Shown: in pieces, positions 53,885 through 64,000 of the stretch
Numbering within the stretch: the first letter of the stretch is position 1
How the letters are laid out: each line of letters opens with the position of its first letter
NCBI RefSeq assembly: GCF_009914755.1
Contig: NC_060935.1
DNA length: 64,000 nucleotides
Source of the DNA: the human T2T-CHM13v2.0 reference genome, Homo sapiens
Reading direction: 5' to 3' (one strand)
Notes under the pieces: generated by a model
The model's input: the letters and a program-made list of their open reading frames with translations, nothing else
Told to the model about the DNA's origin: nothing
Database searches by the model: none
Translations under genes and position numbers: made by a program

Positions 53885-54190
53885 GTTTTTTGTTTGTTTG
53901 TTTTTTGTTTTATTTTGAGATGGAGTCTCTGTCACCCAGGCTGGAGGGCAGTGGCACGATCTCGGGTCACTGCTTTGCCTCCCAGGTTCAAGTGATTCTC
54001 CTGCCTCAGCCTCTCAAGTAGCTGGGACCACAGGCATGCACCACCTTGCCTGGCTAATTTTTGTATTTTTAGTAGAGACAGGGTTTCACCATGTTGGCCA
54101 GGCTGGTCTTGAACTCCCGATCTCAGGCGATCTGTCTGCCTCAGCCTCCCAAAGTGCTAGGATTACAGGTGTGAGCCACCGTGCCTGGCC
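53885..54190 (-). mobile_element. AluS
   Basis: Reverse Alu; TSD cagagttaagaa. Confidence 0.95.
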
Positions 54191-55055
54191 CAGAGTTAAG
54201 AATTTTTAAAAACAGACATAATGCCATGGCATGAGACGCTCTCTGAGAGGAAAGCCCTTAAAATGCCTTTCTATATGAGCACTTCAAAAATTCTCAGGCA
54301 GGTAGGAACAGCAGAGGAAAAAAAAAGTAGATGTGCAGGTAGCTCTTCTAAAAGGACAGAAAAGATGAACAGACAGACACGTAAGTAATCAGCATGAAAG
54401 AGTGGCAAGACTTGGAAGAGTGACATGAGGAGGCCAAGGCCCAAAAGAAATCCAGATTTACAAAAAGGCCAGCAAAAGCAAAAGGGGTGTTTTTAGTGAT
54501 GTTTAGAGAAAAAAGGTAATTTGCCTTAGGATAAAATGTAATGGTAAGAAAACAGAACTTGCCAACTTCCATTTTGTTTCTATATCAAAGGGGATAAGTT
54601 TCTGGTGCAGTGGAGAATGAACAATTCTAAGGACAAAAGTAAAGTCCCAGAGGAGGATAAATTCAAGTCTATTCACTAAATAATTTCTATCAAGAGAACT
54701 GGGAAAACTTCCAAATAAGGTCACTGAACTAAAAAAAATTTAAGAAATTATGTTGGTAAAAAGTGAAGTCTTAAAAGAATGGAGATAGAGAACTACTGTT
54801 CCAGTCTGAGGAAAGTAGAAAGTGGATGACAAACTCTACAAACTACAGAGAAGTGAACATGTTGTAACCCTTGGGCTAGATTCTAAAAAGGACTCAAATT
54901 TTTTTGAATGGATATGGAAGGGAAAAGAAAGTACTTTTCTTCTGATTATAAAAGAAATGCATACCTACAGAAAACTGAGAAAGTACAGAAAAATTTAAAG
55001 AACAACCCCTCGTAATTACATGATCTAGAAATATCCACTGTTAAAATGTTGAGTT

Positions 55056-55256
55056 CTTTTTTTTTTATTATTATTATACTTTAAGTTCTAGGGTACATTT
55101 GCATAATGTGCAGGTTTGTTACATATGTATACATGTGCCATGTTGGTGTGCTGCACCCATTAACTTGTCATTTACATTAGGTATATCTCCTAATGCTATC
55201 CCTCCCCACCCCCACCCCACAACAGACCCCGGTGTGTGATGTTCCCCTTCCTGTGA
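55056..55256 (-). mobile_element. Short (~200 bp) L1PA 3' end insertion
   Basis: Reverse L1PA 3' UTR with poly-T; TSD aaaatg(t/c)tga. Confidence 0.9.
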
Positions 55257-55604
55257 AAATGCTGACATCTTTCTAGTGAGTATATATCTTTATTTTTCAC
55301 TTGTATCATACAATGTTCCCATGTCATTTAAAACTCTTCATGAATATAAATTACTGAATTCATAATAGTCTATCACATGGATGCATGATCATTTATGTAA
55401 CCATAATGAATGTAATAATAATAAGGTAATGGCTTACAAATGCTAATAGAGGAAGTCATGATCCCTAGGAGCCAGCTCTCATTAATTAACTCATTCTTTT
55501 ACTCGGTCAATAAATATTTATTGTCTACTTACGTGCAGGCCTCATCTAAAGCTGGACACACAGCCATGAACAAAACAAATATAAATCCTTATCCTCACGG
55601 AGCC

Positions 55605-55903
55605 TTTTTTTTTTTTTTTTTTTTAAGATGGAGTCTCACTCTGTCACCCAGGCTGCATTTCAGTGGCACGATCTCAGCTCACTGCAACCTCCGCCTCCTG
55701 GGTTCAAGCAATTCTCTGCCTCAGCCTCCCGAATAGCTGGGATTACAGGCATCTGCCACCATGCCCAGAGAATTTTTGTATTTTTAGTAGAGACGGCGTT
55801 TCACCATGTTGGCCAGGCTGGTCTTGAAATCCTGACCTTTTGATCCACCCGCCTTGGCCTCCCAAAGTGCTGGGATTACAGGCGTGAGCCACCGCGCTCG
55901 GCC
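55605..55903 (-). mobile_element. AluS within an L2 remnant
   Basis: Reverse Alu; TSD cac(g/a)gagcct. Confidence 0.95.
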
Positions 55904-56529
55904 ACAGAGCCTCCTTTCTAAGTAGGAAAAGAGACAATAAACAAGATAATGATAAATACTAAGGAGAAAAAATAAGACAGGGAGAAGGGGTAGGACCGTG
56001 TTGGAAGTTAAGATTTTAGCTGGAATGGCCAGAGAAGGCATCAGGAAATGCAGTTTGAGAGAAAACATGAAGACGAAGGGAAAGGCACATGGATATCCGA
56101 AAGAAGAGCATTTCAAACAAGGGAAACAGCAAATGCAAAGGCACTGAAGTGGGAACATGCTTGGCATATTCAAGGAACAGTGAGGAGGAAGCCAGTGTGG
56201 CCACAACAAAGTGAGACAGATAGAAAAGTAGAAGCAAATGGGGAAGAGAATTACATAGGGCCTTTTGGGTCATGTATAGACTATCTTTTCATCTAAGCCA
56301 GGAAGCCACTGTAGAGTTTTGAGGAGGGGAGAGATGTGAGTTGACTTAAGCTTCAACATAATACTATCTGGCAGCTATATTGAGAATAGACTGAAGTGGG
56401 GAAGGAGGAAGGAGGCAAACCAGGGTGACAGAGTAAGATGGAATAGAGCAACCAAATAACCAACTGGTTGAATGACCCTAAACAAAACGTTTCCATGAAT
56501 ACAGTGGTGGGACTCTAAAAGCAGTTTTA

Positions 56530-56860
<331 letters not shown>

Positions 56861-57790
56861 GAGAAAACATGCTGATCATAATCAAAGGTAAAATTGTAAA
56901 AAAAGAAAGAAAAAAAGAAAAATTATAACATGGTGGGAAAAATTTGAACACCAACTAGATATTTAATGACATCAAGGAAGTATTGACTTTTTAGGTGTGA
57001 CAATGGTATTGTGGCTACATTTTAATAAGAATCTGTTTTTAGAGATGCATACTGAAGCATTTAAGGATGAAAAATGATCCAATGTCTAGGATTTGCTTCA
57101 AAATAATCCAGTGAATGGGGGGAAAAGTGGGTGGGGATACCCATGACACAAGACTGACCATGTATTGATGGCTGCTGAAGCAGGATGATATGGATTCATT
57201 TTACTACTCTCTCAACTTTTGCTTATGTTTGAAAATGTCTTTAACAAAAAGTTTTTTAAAAATCAAGAATGGCACACAGCTAAGAAACGGTAAGCAGATA
57301 CATTGAATGAAACATTGAATGCTCTGAAAAAATTTCAAGAGCTAGAATTCTTGGCCAAATTTAAACAAATAAAATGCAACAAGGAAAACTACAAATTCCT
57401 ACATTTCATTCCGAAACATCAAGTGAACAGTAGAAAATGAACAAAACCTAGATGAGCAGCTCCTATTAAAAAGAAGAAAAAAAGGCTCAGAATTCTAATA
57501 TACAGCAAAGTCAGCAAGGAAAATGCTAAAAACTAGAGCAATCCCCAGAAAGCATTAAGTATAGAAGAAGAAGAGTGCAGGGAAACAACAGATTGCTCTT
57601 TCATGAACTGTCTTAGATATGCTGTTATTTGCAGTTCTAAGAGCCTCTTCTGAGAGGGCTGTGTTCAAACACTTGCACCTAGGTCATACCAGGAACGGAT
57701 GAGGGAGCTAGGGATGTTAACACAGGAAAGAAGACTGAAGAAAGGGACATAATACTACTTTTCCAATTCCTGGATTAATCATCTTACACC

Positions 57791-58215
57791 TGTAAACCAA
57801 AAAGTATCTGGGACAGGCCTCAATCAATTTAGAAGTTTATTTTGCCAACGTTAAGGACACGCCCAGGAGAGAGGTCTGTGCCTTTCTCCAAAGATGATTT
57901 TGAGGGCTTCAATATTTCAAGGGGAAAAGTGAGCTGGAGGGGAAAGAAGGGTATGGTAATCTATATGTTGCAAGAGAAAAGGAGCAGGTAGAGGAATAGT
58001 CAATTATGTATTCATCTGGTGCTCAGTAAATCGGCACTTCACGTAAGATACGGTGAACATAGAGTAGCTACCTGTAGAGATATTTAATTTTTTATCTGTA
58101 GCTACCTGCTTAGGAACAAAAGGAAAGGCAGTTTCTTGCATGACTCAGCTTTCAGCTTAATTTTTTCCTTTTGGCATAGTGAACTGGGGTCCCAAGTTTT
58201 TATTTTCTTTTCACA
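57791..58215 (-). mobile_element. MER4-group ERV1 solo LTR
   Basis: TG...CA termini and TSD cacc (57787-57790 / 58216-58219). Confidence 0.8.
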
Positions 58216-58499
58216 CACCTTTAATCTACTTTTCCTCCATTCCTATTTTGGCAAAGGAAATCAACATCTATCCCTTCACCTAAACCTGAGAATAATCCAG
58301 ATGTCTCCCTCTCCCTCACTTTCCCATTCTATTTTAAAATGTCTCTTAAAATTATTCTCTTCCCTCCAATCTATCCATTGATAACCTCTCTTGCTCTAAT
58401 ATCCATATTTTCCTTTGGGAACTCCTCTCAACTCCAGAGTGGATTCATCAGTATATTCTTTCTACCCACAGCACCACAAGTTAACTTAATTCAAGCCAT

Positions 58500-59272
58500 T
58501 AACATGAACGGATATGTTTGCTGGAACTTCTGGGAAAGAATCTTGGGAGTGAGGCTGGAAGGTGAGAGTGATGGAGGACTTAAAAGAAAAGAGGCCTGGA
58601 GCTGTGCCCAGCAAAGTGCTGTAATCCCAGCACGTTAGGAGGCTGAGGTGGGACAATGACTTGAGGCCAGGAGTTCCAGGCCAGCTCTACACACACACGT
58701 ATATAAATGAGACACTCCCACTTTCTCCGGGCAATGGAATGTGAGGAGGTAATGTCCGAAACTGTTGCTATAAATGAGACACTCCCACTTTCTCCGGGCA
58801 ATGGAATGTGAGGAGGTAATGTCCGAAACTGTTGCTATAAATGAGACACTCCCACTTTCTCCGGGCAATGGAATGTGAGGAGGTAATGTCCGAAACTGTT
58901 GCTATAAATGAGACACTCCCACTTTCTCCGGGCAATGGAATGTGAGGAGGTAATGTCCGAAACTGTTGCTATAAATGAGACACTCCCACTTTCTCCGGGC
59001 AATGGAATGTGAGGAGGTAATGTCCGAAACTGTTGCAACCATTGCTACCACCCTGAGAGGGCAGCCAGAGCACAGAACCAACTTGAGAATGAACCCAGAG
59101 TGAAACGGACACAGAAAATAAGAGCTAGAGCCCCAGTGTGACAACTGTGAGTCTCTGGTTCAAACCATACCGCAAGACATTTCTAACACAGGGTCTTTTC
59201 ATTTACACAAGTCAATAAATTCCCTGTCTTAGTCAAGCTGACTTTTCTGTCACTTGTCACAAGCACCCTAAC
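58500..59272 (+). mobile_element. Old MLT1-type LTR hosting an Alu left-arm fragment (~58594-58685) and the VNTR
   Basis: MLT1-like 3' end (caataaattccct...ttttctgtcacttg...ccctaactg) and ttctgggaaag motif. Confidence 0.55.
58702..59036. repeat. Minisatellite/VNTR: 5 perfect copies of a 67-bp unit
   Basis: Unit tataaatgagacactcccactttctccgggcaatggaatgtgaggaggtaatgtccgaaactgttgc starts at 58702, 58769, 58836, 58903 and 58970. Confidence 0.98.
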
Positions 59273-59484
59273 TGGTGAACCCAATGACAATGACTTGGTG
59301 ATGCTCATGATGTCTCAACTGGATGACTACAACAATCTTCTCCCTGAAGAAATCCTCACAACGCAGTGTCTACACTGCTGCCAGGGTATCCTTTCTAAAA
59401 CCAGGTTAAATGTTTCTCTTCTCCTTACACACTCAATGATGCCTCATCTGCCTTTAGAATAAAACCCAATCTCCTTAAGAATGA

Positions 59485-59919
<435 letters not shown>

Positions 59920-59951
59920 TAGAATGCCCTTCTTTTTCATCTGGATTATTT

Positions 59952-59953
<2 letters not shown>

Positions 59954-59999
<46 letters not shown>
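59954..59999. repeat. (AC)23 microsatellite
   Basis: Perfect dinucleotide run. Confidence 0.97.
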
Positions 60000-60001
<2 letters not shown>

Positions 60002-60029
60002 CAAAACACTTTAAGAACTGCCTCCTCAA

Positions 60030-62680
60030 TTTAGCCAAGGAAGGTAAAGCTGGGTTAACATCTAAATTTCAATTAATGTAATATGCCACATCAGTAAAGG
60101 ACAAAACTCACATAATCATCTCATAATCATCTCAACAGACATAGAAAAAAAGTATTTGATAAAATTCAATACCCCTTCATACTGAAAAACACTCAGCAAA
60201 CTAAGAATACAAGGGAACTTCCTCAACCTGAAAACAGGCATCTACGAAATGCCCCCAGATAACATTACATATGCTAGTAAAGCATACTTCTTAAGATCAA
60301 GGACAAGAAAGGATGTTTGTTCTTACCACTTCTATTCAACATTGCACTAAAGGTTCCAGCTAGGGCAGTTAGGCCAAAAAAAGTAAAAATAAAAATAAAA
60401 GGCATTCAGATTAAAAAAAAAAGTAAAACTATCTCTATATGCAGACAAGTTCAGCGAGGTGACAAGATACAGTATCAATATACAAAAACTAATTGTCTAT
60501 ACACTAAGGAACAATCTGAAAACAAAATTTATAACAACATCAAAAAGAATAAAATACTTATGAATATATTTAACAAAATAAGACTTTCACACTAAAAACT
60601 ACAATCTCCTTTAAAATAAATTAAAGACCTAGATAAATAAAAAAGAAATCCTCTGTTCATAGACTGAAAGATTTAATATTGGTAAGATGGCAGTACTCTC
60701 CAAATTGCTTCAGTTCACTCTATCAAAATCCCAACTGGCATTTTTTTTTTTTTTTTGGCAGAAACCAAAGTGATGATCCAAAATTCCTATGGAAATGCTA
60801 GGTCACAGGACCCAAAATAGCAAAACAATCTTGAAAAAGAAGAACAAAGTTGGAGGACACATTTCACGATTTCATAACTTAGAAAACTACAATAATTAAG
60901 ACAGCATGGTACTGGCTAAGGATAAGTATACAGATTAATGTAATATAATTGAGAGTCCAGAAACAAACTCTTACATTTAGAGTCAACTGATTTGACATGG
61001 GTGCCAGAACAATTTAATGAGAAAAGAAGAGTCTTTTCAACAAATGGTGCTGGGGCAACTATATATCCACATGAAGTTGGACTCCTACCTTACCCATATA
61101 CACAAATTAATTCAAAGGGATCAAAGACTTAACTGCAGGAGCAAAAACTATAAAACTTGAAAACATAGGCATAAATCTTCATGACCTTGGATTTGGCAAT
61201 TTGTCTCAGATATGACACCAAAAGCAGGAGAAACAAAAGAAAAAAGTAGATAAATTGGACTTTGTCAGAGAAAATGTAAAACTTTTCTTATTCAAAGGGC
61301 ACCATCAAGAACGTGAAGGCAACCACTGAATGGAAGAAAATATTTGCAAATCATATATCTGATAATAGATTTGTACCTAGAATATACAAAGAACTCTTAC
61401 AACTCAACAATAAAGACAAGACGCCAAGTGTGGTGGCTTACACCTGTAATACCAGTGCTTCAGGAGGCCAAGGTGGGAGGATCACTTGAGGCCAGAAGTT
61501 CAAGACCAGCCTGGGAAATATAGTGAGAGCCTCATTTCTGCCAAAAAATTTAAAAATTAGCCAGCTATGGTGGCACACACCTGTAGTCCTAGTTACCTGG
61601 GAGGGTAAGGTGGGAGAATCACTTGAGCCCAGGAGTTTGGGGCTACAGTGAGCAATGATGGCACCACTGTATTCCAGCCTGTGCACCAGAGTGAGACCCT
61701 GTCTCTCTCAAAAAAAAAAAAAAAAAAAAAAAAAAAGACAAGTAATCTGACTTTTAAAGAGGGTTAAAAGGACCTGAATAGACATTTCTCCAAAACAAGA
61801 TATACAAATAGACAAAGAGTGAATAAACACACAAAAAATGCTCAATGTCATTAGTCATCAGGGAAATGCAAATAAAATCACAATGAGATACCATTTCATT
61901 CCTACTAGGATGGCTATCATCAAGAAGACAGATAACAAACAAGTATTGACAAGAAACCAGAAGCCCTCTTACACTGCTGGTGGTCATGTAAAATGGTACA
62001 GCTGCTTTGGAAAATGGTCTGGCAGTTCCTCAAAAGGTTAAACATGTAATAACCATACGACCTAGAAATTCCACGCTTAGTTCCAGCCACACTGGAATGC
62101 TCACATTTTCCAAATGTATACACTCAAGAGAAATGAAAACATTAAGTCTACACAAAAATTTGTACACAGATATCAGTAGCAACATTATTCATAATAGCTA
62201 AAAGGCAAAAATTCAATGTCCATCAATTGATTAATGAATAAATGAAATGTGGTATATCCACACAATGAATTGTGTTATAGAAAGGAGTGAATTATGAATT
62301 ATTCAGCCATAAAAAAAGTACTGCTACATGCTACAACATGGATGAACCTTGAAAACATTATGCTAGTTAAAAGACGTCACAAAAGATCAGATATTATATG
62401 ATTCCATTTATACCAAATGTCCAGAACAGGCAAATCTATAGAGACATAAAGTAGATGAGTGGTTGCCTAGGGCTGGAGGTGGGCTGGGGGATTTGTGGAG
62501 TAATAGCTAAAAAGTACAGGGTTTCTTTGGGGGCTGAAGAAATATTCTAAAATTGGTTGTAGTGATGGTTGTACAACTCTGAATATGCTGAAACCCAATA
62601 AATTGTACACTTTAAGTGGGTGAATTGTATGATATATAAATTAGATCTCAAGAAAGCTGTTATCAAAAAAAAAAAAAAGA
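60030..62680 (+). mobile_element. Old L1MB-type ORF2/3' fragment with nested AluJ (61422-61736)
   Basis: Degenerate ORF2 peptides (PLLFNIALKVPARAVR; MRYHFIPTRMAIIKK), L1MB-like 3' UTR and A tail. Confidence 0.85.
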
Positions 62681-62707
62681 CTTCCCTCCTCTATGTTCTA
62701 TGAAACC

Positions 62708-63029
62708 TGTTTTTTGGGGTTTTTTTATTTTTTTGTTTTTTTTTTTTTGGCAGAGTCTCACTGTGTTGCCCAGGCTGCAGTGCAGTTACACAATCACACC
62801 TCACTGTAGCCTTGACCTCCAAACTTCAAACGATCCTCCCACCTCAGCCTACAGAGTACTACAGGTGCACACCACCATGCCCAGCTAATTGAAAAAAAAC
62901 AAACTTATTTTGTAGAGATGGGGGTCTTGTTATGTGGCCCAAGCTGGTCTCGAACTCCCAGGCTCAAGCAATCCTTCCACCACAGCCTTTCAAAATGCTG
63001 GGATTACAGGCATGAGCTGTCACACCTGG
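62708..63029 (-). mobile_element. AluJ
   Basis: Diverged reverse Alu; TSD tatgaaacc. Confidence 0.9.
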
Positions 63030-63529
63030 TTTATGAAACCCTTCTTAAGTCCCAATAACACTGACCATTGCATACATGTCTCCATTGTTCCCTGCGCAGA
63101 CTTGAGTAACTGTGACTGACACTCTTGCATTTATCTGCTAACATGTCTGTTTTGCATTTATCTGTTGACATGTCTACTTTCCTTTACTAAACTGTGGCCG
63201 CCTCAAAGCATGGAGTTCGCTCATTTTTTCTTGGAATACATAGTGTCTATACACTATGTGCACAGTATGTGATATGGTACATCATAAATATTTGTTAAAA
63301 GACTATCTTAAAGGCTTTCATGTGGAAAGGGAACTGTGCTTGTTTCATGCACATCAATGGGCAAAAATGGAAGACATAACAACATGTATTTTTAAGAATT
63401 TTCAAATACTCAGGGTTATTCCTTTCTTCAAAGCAGGGATTTCTGGGTTCTGAGAATTCTCTGAATTGATACTGAAATTCTGAGTACAATAAGAGTATGT
63501 ACCTTTTTCTAGAGAGAACATACAGTTTT

Positions 63530-63910
63530 AGGCTGAGTGCAGTTGCTCAAGCCTGTAATCCCAGCACTTTGGAAGGCTGAGGCAGAAGGATCACTTGAAC
63601 CCACGAGTTCGACACCAGCCTGGACAATACAATGAGACCCCCATCTCAACCAAAAACAAAAAAAATTTTTTTTAATTAGCCAGGCATGGTGGCATGTGCC
63701 TGTAGTCCCAGTTACTTGGGAGGCTGAGGTGGGAGGATCAGTTGAGCCCTAGAAGTAGAGGCTGCAGTGAGCTGTGATCATGACTCTGCACTCCAGCCTG
63801 GGTGACAGAGTGAGACCCAGGGAAAGGGAAAGAGAAAGGGAAAGGGGGCCAGGAAGAGAGGAAAGGAGGGAGGGAGGGACAGAGGGAGGAAGGAGAGAGA
63901 AAGAAAGAAA
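63530..63910 (+). mobile_element. AluJ with purine-rich (GGAAA/GGGA) tail
   Basis: Alu dimer followed by low-complexity GA-rich sequence. Confidence 0.9.
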
Positions 63911-64000
63911 ATACATAGCTTTTATAAGATTCTCAATGGTGTATGTAACCCCAAAATGGTTAAGATTTTTTGCTGCAAGTTTCAGTTACTGGAATGTACC

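Noticed and set aside
58702-59036. CRISPR-like array
   Set aside because: Head-to-tail identical units with no unique spacers, in primate DNA; it is a minisatellite. The overlapping ORFs are artefacts of the repeat.

Overview
Human genomic DNA (an AluYg6 copy and L1PA elements are present) containing coding exons 2-6 of RIC3, the ER chaperone of nicotinic acetylcholine and 5-HT3 receptors, on the minus strand. The exons are 35105-35331, 33408-33483, 32514-32607, 21804-21952 and 5864-6303. All have GT-AG boundaries and splice into one open frame; exon 1 lies beyond the right edge of the window. RIC3's ~4.6 kb 3' UTR runs down to about position 1220, where it meets, tail to tail, a plus-strand 3' end that I assign to TUB from known gene order. 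The introns are mostly Alu, L1, ERV1/MaLR solo LTR, L2 and MIR sequence, and nearly all other ORFs in the track are repeat-derived. I found no convincing new multi-gene system. The most notable signals are: interlocked convergent poly(A) signals; an allele that creates AATAAA inside the last coding exon; an intronic poly(A) short isoform; a NAGNAG acceptor; a candidate in-frame cassette exon; a 49-bp fold-back inside one Alu; a perfect 5 x 67-bp VNTR; several local templated duplications; inverted L1 pairs around exons; and a p53-like triple half-site in an LTR10-type LTR. Repeat subfamily names and comparisons to the reference protein come from my recall of consensus sequences, not from a search.
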